Shown in pieces: positions 47,708 through 56,354 of a DNA stretch of 64,000 bases. The position numbers and the translations under genes are program-made. This DNA is from Thermoprotei archaeon (GTDB taxonomy: Archaea > Thermoproteota > Thermoprotei_A > Sulfolobales > Ignisphaeraceae), in the NCBI GenBank assembly GCA_003661775.1, contig QMWT01000001.1, positions 1,199 through 65,198 on the forward strand. Reading direction: 5' to 3'. The notes below the pieces were generated by a model. It was not told the DNA's origin and made no database searches. It was given only the letters and a program-made list of their open reading frames with translations. How positions within the stretch are numbered: position 1 is the first letter of the stretch; each line of letters opens with the position of its first letter.

Positions 47708-47715
47708 TTTAAATA
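47708..47715 (-). promoter_or_regulatory. TATA-like box for eL38
   Basis: TATTTAAA on the minus strand, about 45 nt upstream of the ATG at 47666. Confidence 0.4.
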
Positions 47716-47719
47716 GAAT

Positions 47720-47780
47720 TCGTTCAGTGGGTAACCGCTTCATCATCATTTCAAGTCCCCGAAAAATTCATCATCTCGAT
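47720..47780 (-). ncRNA. C/D box sRNA (degenerate D')
   Basis: Minus strand: AUGAUGA (47774-47768), 12 nt, CUUG, 5 nt, AUGAUGA (47746-47740), 12 nt, CUGA (47727-47724). Confidence 0.65.
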
Positions 47781-47826
47781 ACTCCTTTTAGTTTCCGAGG
47801 CTAAAACACTGCTGACGTGATGTGGG

Positions 47827-48807
47827 ATGCTTAAGTACTATGCTAAATGGAAAGATCTAGCTCTAAGAACCTTGGAAAGTGAAGTTCTTAACGTTAAGAA
47901 GTGTGAAGATGCTGAACTTGTAGTTGTTAGTGGCATGGGTGGCAGTGGTATCGTCGGCGACTACCTTTCGTCTTTAGCTGATGAAACAGGAAAATATCCC
48001 GTGTTCGTAGTTAAGGACTTCAGCATACCAAAGTGGATTGATTCATCAAGAACATTTATTGTCAGCATAAGTTATTCAGGTGAAACTCTTGAAACTATCA
48101 AGGCGTTCACCTACGTATCGGACCTTGCTAAGTGTATAGGCGTCGTAACCTCCGATGGAAAGCTTGCAGACCTTGCTAAGAGCTATTCCGTACCTCTCCT
48201 ACTACTTGAGCGTGGATATGTACCACGTGCAGCATTCCCAGCTCTACTCTTCGGCACTTTCAAGCTTCTCCATGAGGTAGGTATCGATATACTGCCTCTT
48301 GATATAGTGAAACGTAGTGTTAACGCTATAGACATAGATAGGGCAAAAAGTATAAGTGAGAAACTTGCCTCTTTCCTTGTCACCAGCAAATATCCCCTGA
48401 TTGTTGCGCCTTGGAAATACAGGGCTTTAGCCATAAGATTCAAGAACGAACTCAATGAAAACTCGAAGGTTCCTGCGAAGGTTGAGGTAATACCTGAACT
48501 ATTCCATAACGATATAGTTGGATGGGAGCAGAAGAAATTCGCAGATAAAGCTATTCTAATCACAGGAAGTAATTCCATGAACAAGGAGCTTGTAGAGTTT
48601 TACCGCGGTTTCCTTGAAGACGTAGGGTTCGAAACTTTCGTATTGAAACTCGAAGGTGAAGACTACCTACAAGAGCTACTCTACGGCACTCTTTGTGCCG
48701 GAGTAGCATCAGTACTTCTAGCTTCTGAGCTAGGTGTCGATCCTCTGAAGACCCGATCCATCTCCAGTTACAAAAAGTTCTTGGGAAAGCTGGTATCATC
48801 AGCATAG
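47827..48807 (+). CDS. bifunctional phosphoglucose/phosphomannose isomerase (SIS domains)
   Basis: GMGGSGIVGD and SYSGETLET; size typical of the crenarchaeal PGI/PMI. Confidence 0.8.
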   Translation: MLKYYAKWKDLALRTLESEVLNVKKCEDAELVVVSGMGGSGIVGDYLSSLADETGKYPVFVVKDFSIPKWIDSSRTFIVSISYSGETLETIKAFTYVSDLAKCIGVVTSDGKLADLAKSYSVPLLLLERGYVPRAAFPALLFGTFKLLHEVGIDILPLDIVKRSVNAIDIDRAKSISEKLASFLVTSKYPLIVAPWKYRALAIRFKNELNENSKVPAKVEVIPELFHNDIVGWEQKKFADKAILITGSNSMNKELVEFYRGFLEDVGFETFVLKLEGEDYLQELLYGTLCAGVASVLLASELGVDPLKTRSISSYKKFLGKLVSSA

Positions 48808-48813
48808 GATTCC

Positions 48814-49629
48814 CTAAGTAATATAGGTGGTTTCTCTACCTGTTCTGCCCTCTTTTCTCTCTACACCTGCCCTCTCTACATATCTACGGTATAGGGATGC
48901 CGCCTCGCGCTCTATACTGCTTCCTTTGGCGATCAGCTCGTCTACCGATACAGGTATGTCGTGGACATGAGAAAGAAATTCCACTAAAGCAGCCGCAGCC
49001 CTATAATCAACTAACTCTAATTCTACTATGACCCTCCACGTCTCACCAAGAGCGCTAATAGCAGCTATATCGTATAGCGAAGCCCAGCCAACAACTATGC
49101 CATTCATTCCCGTTATAACTCCTTCACCGAGCTTAACTGCTCCGTAAGATACGTATTTCTCTACTATCTCAGCATTGTTACCTGCTATGAACACTCTACG
49201 TCTAGCTGAAGGATTTTCGAGATCCATGACAAATGCTGCTGTTGCTACAAGCTCTACTATCCCCCTTTCGCTAAGCTCCCTAACTATAGCATCACTAAGT
49301 TCGTGCTGATGGAGATCAGTAAGAGGCTGCGCATTCCCGGTAACCAGAACTATATCCTTATCCCTAACCTTAGCGTGATAAAAGTCAATGTGAATTATAT
49401 CGGCAACACCATTCTTCTCAACCATTAGCTGTGCAGGGAAGCCACAGTGATACATAACCATGAATTTGCTAGCATTCAGCTTAGTTATCAAGTAGTCAAC
49501 AGCTGTCTTACCCACAAGCCCCATACCAGGAAATCCTATAATAGCAACCCCTCTATCCAGTACAACATTCTTAAGAACCTTTCTCCGTATATACAATGTC
49601 GCCAACACCGCTAACCTCGACCTTAGCAC
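48814..49629 (-). CDS. PAC2-family (proteasome assembly chaperone-like) protein
   Basis: GFPGMGLVGKTAVDYL N-terminal signature. Confidence 0.7.
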   Translation of the reverse strand: MLRSRLAVLATLYIRRKVLKNVVLDRGVAIIGFPGMGLVGKTAVDYLITKLNASKFMVMYHCGFPAQLMVEKNGVADIIHIDFYHAKVRDKDIVLVTGNAQPLTDLHQHELSDAIVRELSERGIVELVATAAFVMDLENPSARRRVFIAGNNAEIVEKYVSYGAVKLGEGVITGMNGIVVGWASLYDIAAISALGETWRVIVELELVDYRAAAALVEFLSHVHDIPVSVDELIAKGSSIEREAASLYRRYVERAGVERKEGRTGRETTYIT

Positions 49630-49670
49630 AAGATATACCGGGCTAAAAACGTTTCTCTAAGCCAAAACCC

Positions 49671-49678
49671 TTTTATAA
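49671..49678 (+). promoter_or_regulatory. TATA-like box for the C2H2 micro-ORF
   Basis: TTTTATAA centred about 30 nt upstream of the TTG at 49704. Confidence 0.4.
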
Positions 49679-49703
49679 ACCCTCTAACCTACAGGGGTTA
49701 GAC

Positions 49704-49838
49704 TTGGTTTATGTATGTAAGAGATGTGGAAAAGTCTTCCGTTCGCGAAGAGCGTACGTGTTTCATATATTGGCAGGACATGGCAAGGTAGGAGGTGTAG
49801 CAACTACCAAAACTGATTATAGAAAAAGAGCGAAGTAA
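49704..49838 (+). CDS. 44-aa classical C2H2 zinc-finger protein (absent from the ORF track)
   Basis: My translation is (L/M)VYVCKRCGKVFRSRRAYVFHILAGHGKVGGVATTKTDYRKRAK. It fits Y-x-C-x2-C-x3-F-x5-Y-x2-H-x4-H. TTG is the only start codon after the upstream in-frame stop at 49644. Confidence 0.55.
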   Translation: MVYVCKRCGKVFRSRRAYVFHILAGHGKVGGVATTKTDYRKRAK

Positions 49839-49875
49839 AGCTAAAAACTGCGGCATTAAGAATATGCTATCTGGT

Positions 49876-49952
49876 GGGCCCGTAGCTCAGCCCGGCAGAG
49901 CGCCCGGCTCATAACCGGGTGGTCGGGGGTTCAAATCCCCCCGGGCCCACCA
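49876..49952 (+). tRNA. tRNA with anticodon CAU (elongator Met, or Ile2 if C34 is agmatinylated), CCA encoded
   Basis: Acceptor GGGCCCG/CGGGCCC (not initiator-like); anticodon stem CCCGG/CCGGG with loop CUCAUAA. Confidence 0.9.
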
Positions 49953-50801
49953 AAGAATTGAGGTCCTCTCAACTCTTCTATAATGCTTATCCAAGTTCCA
50001 TTCTACCCTATGATCACTATTCAAGAACGCTGCTTACTTTCTCAGGAGATATTCGTAGAACCCGTATCAGAGACCATACCGCATTGATATCGCATCTTAA
50101 ATTCTTTTCACACTCCTTTATACAGTTCTATCATATGACCATTTTGTTCATTGAACGACTGCGGTATGTCCCTCTCAACATAACACGTTCGGGAGGCGTT
50201 CCCGATCTACATTAACGAGAGACGCACCATCCCTAAGGCTCGCCTTTAAGATAGCGCGGGTATTCGGAATGAAGAACGAGGATATTTTCATCTATGACGA
50301 GGATAATGACCCTTAGGTACTTGTAAGACTTCAGGTAACACAGGGTAAACTATGCACAAGGAGTGTGTACCAAGTTGAACCACCTAGCTAGGAGTCCAGT
50401 ATGCACGTGTTAAGATATCTGAATGAACACTTGGACATAGTCTTCGAACACGTCATAACATATGTCCTCGAATGAACGCCGCATTAGCCAAATAGAACTC
50501 CTGCTAGCTCACCACAGGCAGATCCCCGAAGCATACAAAATTACAACACAATCCCGAATTCTAGATATTGCATTACACAGATATGCAGCCAGCCATACTC
50601 ATCTCGAACCTTCCCATCTTCAACGCTTCCTTATGTTCACTACCACCGAACGTTTCCTTCGGGTCTACTATTATTAGTGTTAAGCCAAAGCTTCAAAGCC
50701 CTAGATTCATCACACAGAACAATTATCTTCCATAACCTCTACACCCCTAGCCATATACGGCAAAAGGAACCAGAGGATCTAGGATTAATTAAGATGAATA
50801 C

Positions 50802-50873
50802 CGTTTCAGTAAAGGTCACGTTCATCATCCTTAGTCTTGCTTATCTCAGCACCGGTCCACATCATCATTAAGG
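50802..50873 (-). ncRNA. C/D box sRNA with a long D'-C' loop
   Basis: Minus strand: AUGAUGA (50868-50862), 12 nt, CUGA (50849-50846), 17 nt, AUGAUGA (50828-50822), 12 nt, CUGA (50809-50806). Confidence 0.6.
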
Positions 50874-50924
50874 AGCTCGCTCTCCATAATTTCATTAATT
50901 TGCTACCCATCTAATAACGTCTGG

Positions 50925-51440
50925 GTGCAGCTGTTGTTGAAGGAGAAAATCGTGATGTTTTTAATGCTTGCTCTAGGAGGTTTCACTACTTTGACATTCT
51001 CTAGTTTTACGGAGAATCTAATTCTTAGACATACCTACGTGCTAGGGATCTTGGTACTGATGCTTGTAGCACTCGTATCCACACTTATCGAGTTTAAGAT
51101 TTTGGTGCTTACAACAGTATCGCTACTCTATCTGGTAAGTGTAATAGGTCTTATTCTCGAACTTTGTGACGTGCCTCCCTGCATTACAAGATCTTGGTAC
51201 CCCTTTATGTACGTAGACACCAACACGTGCTCTACAACCCCCCATAGTGTTCTTTCACCGTCAATCCCTCAGATATTGGCTGTACTAGCTCTTCATCGAA
51301 CCTATAAACTTTTGGTTTCGAAGCTAGGCAAGACAACAAAGAATATTCATGCTGATTCTACTAGGCATGAAACTTGCAATAATTCTACCGGCGAGATCGT
51401 ATATCTTGGCAGCTTTAAGAAGCACGACGATGTCGCTTGA
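50925..51440 (+). CDS. questionable ORF, hydrophobic N-terminal half
   Basis: GTG start. The 3' end overlaps the convergent gene by 117 nt, so at least part is probably not coding. Confidence 0.2.
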   Translation: MQLLLKEKIVMFLMLALGGFTTLTFSSFTENLILRHTYVLGILVLMLVALVSTLIEFKILVLTTVSLLYLVSVIGLILELCDVPPCITRSWYPFMYVDTNTCSTTPHSVLSPSIPQILAVLALHRTYKLLVSKLGKTTKNIHADSTRHETCNNSTGEIVYLGSFKKHDDVA

Positions 51441-52043
51441 AGCTACGACAACATCATTATTTTTGCTGTGCGATATCAACGTGGTATCAACCTTTTTGGC
51501 AAGCTCGTAATGTATTTTCTTACCGATAAGTTTTCCGAGTATCTCCGCGGTGATCTTAGCATGTTTAGCACTATGGCTAACAGTGCTATCAAATACGAAT
51601 GTTACGTACCTAACTGGGATCCTAGCTAGGTATTTTCCCATAATTTCTATAGCTGTTAGGAGATACTCCCTTTCGCCATGCCTTAACTTGGCTCCTCTGA
51701 GATCCCTCACAAAACCATCATCACAGATGTAAACTCCTTCGTTCTTCAAGGCAGCGATTATCGTTAACAAGACGTTGTAACCGTCCACTATAAGCTCAAA
51801 ATTTGCCAAATCTACTTCCCGTAGATGTCGCAATGCTACATCTTGTACACATTTAGATGTGTGAACGCATCTATAAAGAAGCATTCTCTCCTTTTGACCC
51901 AGCATGTATCTCTCCGTTACAATGTTGAGAGCTGCCTGCTGGGGATAACCACGATCAAGAAGCCATCTGTAATCAGCAATAGCCTTGCACAACCTTCCGT
52001 TAGTAGCTACCCTGCAGAGGTGGGGAAAGCTTCCCGGAGGCAA
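51324..52043 (-). CDS. DUF434-like protein with a NYN/PIN-like C-terminal domain (tentative)
   Basis: RWLLDRGYPQQAALNIV (as I recall DUF434) followed by LIVDGYNVL, a motif like YacP/NYN. Confidence 0.45.
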   Translation of the reverse strand: MPPGSFPHLCRVATNGRLCKAIADYRWLLDRGYPQQAALNIVTERYMLGQKERMLLYRCVHTSKCVQDVALRHLREVDLANFELIVDGYNVLLTIIAALKNEGVYICDDGFVRDLRGAKLRHGEREYLLTAIEIMGKYLARIPVRYVTFVFDSTVSHSAKHAKITAEILGKLIGKKIHYELAKKVDTTLISHSKNNDVVVASSDIVVLLKAAKIYDLAGRIIASFMPSRISMNILCCLA

Positions 52044-52059
52044 ACGTTGTTCCCATCAC

Positions 52060-52578
52060 CTACTCCTTATCGATGTTTATAGGTTCAAATTCTATGTTCA
52101 CAGCTAACCTGATGGCATGTTCATAGGGATTCCTTACTACAACAGCTCCGAAGCCCGGCGGGGAAATAACTCTATAGATAACTAATCCGCTCTCTTCATA
52201 TGAAGGTAGCAAGACAAGTCTTGTACCATTACCACTCATGACAAATTCTACTTCTCTCGGCACATCGCCGTAGGTAGGACTTGATAACCTGATTCTCACT
52301 ATTCCTAGGCAAGGAATAGAGAGAGGAGCTACATACACTCCACCTTGCTCAACTACTATCTGCGTACTGAATAATGCCCGTTTTTCGCATAGGAAGTTAC
52401 GTTCCTTAACGAAGATGGTGGTTGTGATAACACCCCCTTTAGATGTGGGGAACACTAACGTTACACAGCCTCCTAGTAAGCTACCTATAAGGAAGAAAGC
52501 TAGGGCCACTAACCAAGGTCTTTCCTCTGCAAACTCTTCTAAACGTGTAAACATATCCCCTACCCTATTCATAATCAA
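52060..52578 (-). CDS. hypothetical membrane-anchored protein
   Basis: Single TM segment (WLVALAFFLIGSLLGGCVTLVF). Confidence 0.4.
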   Translation of the reverse strand: MIMNRVGDMFTRLEEFAEERPWLVALAFFLIGSLLGGCVTLVFPTSKGGVITTTIFVKERNFLCEKRALFSTQIVVEQGGVYVAPLSIPCLGIVRIRLSSPTYGDVPREVEFVMSGNGTRLVLLPSYEESGLVIYRVISPPGFGAVVVRNPYEHAIRLAVNIEFEPINIDKE

Positions 52579-52654
52579 AAGTTATATAACGTAGGTAACG
52601 AAGAAGCCGGCTGGTACAGTTACAAAATGTATGCGTTCAGACAAATCTTCTACT

Positions 52655-53650
52655 TCACATCTTCCTAAGATAGTTGAGGAACATTTCATATAATTCGTAA
52701 GCGCCTGTGAGGAAATCCCTTCCACCTTCAAGCACTTCGTTTATCACGCGCCGCGCTTCGGGGGCTGTCTTGAGGAAGTTATCATAGACTTCTTTTATCA
52801 GCGTCCTCGCAATTTCAACAGTCTCTATTTCTCTACGCCGTCTTCTTCTGGCATCTAGAAGTCCAGTGTCCCTAGCATAGCTCAAGAAATCGTTGATAGC
52901 TTCTACCACACCTTCTACTCCATCCCCATTTATGCTGTTGGTTCTTATTATAGGTGGTACCCAACCATTCCTCTTAACTCCCTCGAGTGCAAGTTTAAGT
53001 TGCATAGCAAACAACTCTGTTTGAGGTAAATCACTCTTATTCAATACATACACATCTCCTATCTCCATGATGCCAGCCTTCAACGCCTGTATATCATCCC
53101 CCATTAAGGGCTGCAGTATTACCACTACAGCATCTACAAGATCCATTATCTTCACATTCACTTGCCCTGCACCGGGATGTTCAATGAGCACGTAGTCAAA
53201 GCCAACAGTACAGAGAAACTCCATTGTGAGAACGGCCTTCCATGGAAGGGGTTCCTCAGGAGGTGTGCTCATGCTGCGGAAGAATGTCCTCTCGTCCAGC
53301 GTCCTTACACGAACCCTATTCCCAAGAAAAGAACCTCCGCTATAAGGACTTGAAGGGTCGACGGCAACTACAGCTACGCTGAAACCCCTTTTTCTCAGTA
53401 CCTTTATCATGTGATTTATAAGGCTACTCTTACCTACACCCGGAGCTCCAGTGATTCCTATGACGAAGCTGCTAGAATTTCCTGTGAATAATCTATCAAA
53501 GTATTTCCTGAGTTTGCCAGGATCCTCCTCAATAAGTGTTATGACCTTAGATATCGACATAGCGTCCTTGGCATTAAGCGCTTTATCTATCAGATTAGAG
53601 AGTCTCAAAGCTTCTCTCCTCTTATCACTGTGCTTCATAGAGCTATGCAT
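52655..53650 (-). CDS. meaB: methylmalonyl-CoA mutase-associated GTPase (MeaB/ArgK)
   Basis: Walker A GAPGVGKSS and NKSD (NKxD). Confidence 0.85.
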   Translation of the reverse strand: MHSSMKHSDKRREALRLSNLIDKALNAKDAMSISKVITLIEEDPGKLRKYFDRLFTGNSSSFVIGITGAPGVGKSSLINHMIKVLRKRGFSVAVVAVDPSSPYSGGSFLGNRVRVRTLDERTFFRSMSTPPEEPLPWKAVLTMEFLCTVGFDYVLIEHPGAGQVNVKIMDLVDAVVVILQPLMGDDIQALKAGIMEIGDVYVLNKSDLPQTELFAMQLKLALEGVKRNGWVPPIIRTNSINGDGVEGVVEAINDFLSYARDTGLLDARRRRRREIETVEIARTLIKEVYDNFLKTAPEARRVINEVLEGGRDFLTGAYELYEMFLNYLRKM

Positions 53651-53693
53651 AGTTTAAAAAGCTAATAAGGTAGCTGACTATGGGGAGCTTTGC

Positions 53694-54128
53694 GTGTCTG
53701 CATCAACTCCTAGACTTGGAGATCGTAAACCAAAGGTTCTTGTAGCAAAATTAGGGCTAGACGGTCATGATAGGGGCGCTAAGATAGTGGCGCGCGCATT
53801 AAAGGATGCAGGATTCGATGTAGTGTACCTCGGCGTACATCAAACCCCGGAGAACGTTGTGAAGACTGCTATAGAAGAGGATGTGGATGCTATCGGCGTA
53901 AGCATACTGTCGGGTTCCCACATAGAGCTGGTATCAGAGCTTAGGAAGCTAATGAAGGAGAGAGGTATAGATATCCCTCTCATTGTAGGAGGGATCATAC
54001 CGCCGTCCGACACCCAACTACTTAAGAGCATGGGTGTTTTTGAGGTCTGTGGTCCAGGGACGCCACTTCGCAAGATCATTGAAATCTACAAAAAAGCTAT
54101 AGAGATTAGGCGAGGTGAGAAGATATGA
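53694..54128 (+). CDS. methylmalonyl-CoA mutase, B12-binding small subunit
   Basis: DxHxxG motif (LDGHDRGAK). GTG start. Confidence 0.9.
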   Translation: MSASTPRLGDRKPKVLVAKLGLDGHDRGAKIVARALKDAGFDVVYLGVHQTPENVVKTAIEEDVDAIGVSILSGSHIELVSELRKLMKERGIDIPLIVGGIIPPSDTQLLKSMGVFEVCGPGTPLRKIIEIYKKAIEIRRGEKI

Positions 54129-54538
54129 AGATGCTGGGCCTAGATCACATAGCTATAGCTGTGAAGAATTTAGATGAAGCTATAGATACCTTCAAAAAGC
54201 TGTTGGGTGTAGACCCTGAGAAGGTCGAGGAAGTTACGGAGGAGAAAGTTAGGATAGCAGTCTTCGACCTAGGGAATGTGACCGTAGAGCTTCTACAGGG
54301 AATAAGTCCTGATAGCGCGGTGACACGCTTTGTAGAGAAGCGCGGTGAGGGTCTTCATCATATAGCTATCCGCGTTGAGGGTATCAACGAGGCGTGTAAG
54401 GAGCTGGACTCTAAAGGATTCAAGCTGGTATATCCTGAACCTCGTGTTGTTGCTAATGGCGAGCGCAAGATAGAGTTCATACATCCAAAATCTGTTCACG
54501 GAGTGTTAGTCGAACTAGTAGAGAGATTAACGAGATGA
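54125..54538 (+). CDS. mce: methylmalonyl-CoA epimerase (VOC/glyoxalase fold)
   Basis: LDHIAIAV and HHIAIRV metal-ligand strands; operon context. Confidence 0.85.
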   Translation: MKMLGLDHIAIAVKNLDEAIDTFKKLLGVDPEKVEEVTEEKVRIAVFDLGNVTVELLQGISPDSAVTRFVEKRGEGLHHIAIRVEGINEACKELDSKGFKLVYPEPRVVANGERKIEFIHPKSVHGVLVELVERLTR

Positions 54539-54544
54539 GGGTTC

Positions 54545-56257
54545 ATGACCATGTGGGACCCCAGCTATATTGAGAAGTTGAAGCAGAAGCTAGCTGAATG
54601 GGAGAAAGAGGTAGTGGAGCCTATACTCAAAAAACTCCCTGAACGCAAACGCGAGTTCTTAACAGAGCAGGGATTCTCATTAAAGAGACTCTACACGCCC
54701 CTTGATCTAGCTGAAAGGAACTGGGACTACCTAGAGAAACTGAGCTTTCCCGGAGAGTATCCCTTTACCCGGGGCGTTTACCCAACGATGTACCGTGGAA
54801 GACCGTGGACTATACGGCAGTACTCAGGGTTCGGATCGGCTGATGACACCAATAAACGATACCACTACCTTCTCAAAATAGGGCAGACTGGGCTCTCAAT
54901 GGCATTCGATCTTCCGACGCAACTGGGGCTAGATCCTGACCATCCACTAGCTTATTACGAGGTTGGCAAGGTAGGAGTTTCAATGCCTTGTGTAAAAGAG
55001 ATGGAGATAGTGTTTGAGGGTATTCCTATGGACAAGATCACCACCTCCATGACTATAAACGCTACAGCGATGGAGATACTCTCGATGTACATAGTCGTAG
55101 CTGAAAGCAAAGGGATACCACGACACGTTCTCGGGGGTACGGTACAGAACGATATTTTGAAGGAATTCATTGCCCGCAACAACTACATCTACCCGCCGAA
55201 TCCATCAGTGCGTTACGCAACAGACTTAATAATATGGGCCGCGAAAGAGATGCCTAAATGGAATAGCATCTCGATCTCGGGTTACCACTTTGAAGAAGCG
55301 GGCGCCACACCTGCTCAAGAAATAGCTTTTACGCTAGCCGATGGTATAGAATATGTTCGCTGGGTCCTAGAAAGAGGCAAGTCACAGGGGTGGCCCGAAA
55401 ATGTGGATCAGTTCGCACCTAGACTGAGCTTCTTCTTCTCTGCGAGAACCAATCTGTTTGAGCAAGTGGCTAAGTTCAGAGCTGCTAGGCGTATGTGGGC
55501 AAAGATCATGAAGGAGCGGTTCGGCGCTAAGAAGCCACGCTCAATGATGCTCCGTTTCCATACCCAGACAGCGGGCGTTACTTTAACAGCGCAGCAACCT
55601 CTAGTAAACCTGATAAGAACCACCATACAAGCTCTCGCAGCAGTTCTCGGAGGTACGCAGTCGTTGCATGTCAATTCATACGATGAAGCGCTTTCACTAC
55701 CGACAGAAGAAGCAGTAAAGTTATCAATAAGAGTCCAACAAGTAATCCTTTACGAGAGCGGAGTTGTCGATACTGTTGACCCGTTGGGAGGGTCGTACTA
55801 CGTGGAGTGGCTAACCGATATGCTCGAGGAAGAGGCATGGAAGATAATTGACCAGATCGAACATGTGGGCGGTATGCTGAAGGCTATAGAGGCAGGGTGG
55901 CCGCAGGCTGAAATAGCGAGATCTGCTTACGAATATCAGCTCAAAGTCGAGAAAGGGGAGATACCTATAATAGGTGTCAACATCTTCGTCGAGGAGGAGG
56001 AGCCGCGGATACAGATGCTTAAGGTAGATCCCAAAGTCCGTGAGAGAGTAATAAGCAGACTCAAGAAGTTCAGGGAAGAACGCGATAGGGAGGCGTTAAA
56101 GAGAGCACTGGACGAAGTTAGGAGAGCTGCCGAGAAGGAGGATGTGAACCTAATGCCCTACATACTCAACGCCATTAAGTCCAGGGCTACTCTTGGAGAA
56201 GTCAGCAGCGTACTTAGGGAGGTATGGGGTGAATGGAGAGCTCCCGAAGTAATCTAG
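54545..56257 (+). CDS. methylmalonyl-CoA mutase, catalytic large subunit
   Basis: Conserved blocks FPGEYPFTRGVYPTMYRGRPWTIRQYSGFG and HTQTAGVTLTAQQP. Confidence 0.9.
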   Translation: MTMWDPSYIEKLKQKLAEWEKEVVEPILKKLPERKREFLTEQGFSLKRLYTPLDLAERNWDYLEKLSFPGEYPFTRGVYPTMYRGRPWTIRQYSGFGSADDTNKRYHYLLKIGQTGLSMAFDLPTQLGLDPDHPLAYYEVGKVGVSMPCVKEMEIVFEGIPMDKITTSMTINATAMEILSMYIVVAESKGIPRHVLGGTVQNDILKEFIARNNYIYPPNPSVRYATDLIIWAAKEMPKWNSISISGYHFEEAGATPAQEIAFTLADGIEYVRWVLERGKSQGWPENVDQFAPRLSFFFSARTNLFEQVAKFRAARRMWAKIMKERFGAKKPRSMMLRFHTQTAGVTLTAQQPLVNLIRTTIQALAAVLGGTQSLHVNSYDEALSLPTEEAVKLSIRVQQVILYESGVVDTVDPLGGSYYVEWLTDMLEEEAWKIIDQIEHVGGMLKAIEAGWPQAEIARSAYEYQLKVEKGEIPIIGVNIFVEEEEPRIQMLKVDPKVRERVISRLKKFREERDREALKRALDEVRRAAEKEDVNLMPYILNAIKSRATLGEVSSVLREVWGEWRAPEVI

Positions 56258-56354
56258 TTCGGTCATAATCAAAATAGCCTACATCATTTACCCAAGGCAG
56301 AATAGTAAATTAAGCCTCTTACTATCTAGATCCTTAGCTAACGGAGTTGAAACC

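Noticed and set aside
49919-50215. 98-aa ORF starting inside tRNA-CAU, considered as a split SSV-type integrase fragment.
   Set aside because: It has no tyrosine-recombinase residues (R..HxxR..Y), and I found no att-like repeat of the tRNA 3' half downstream.
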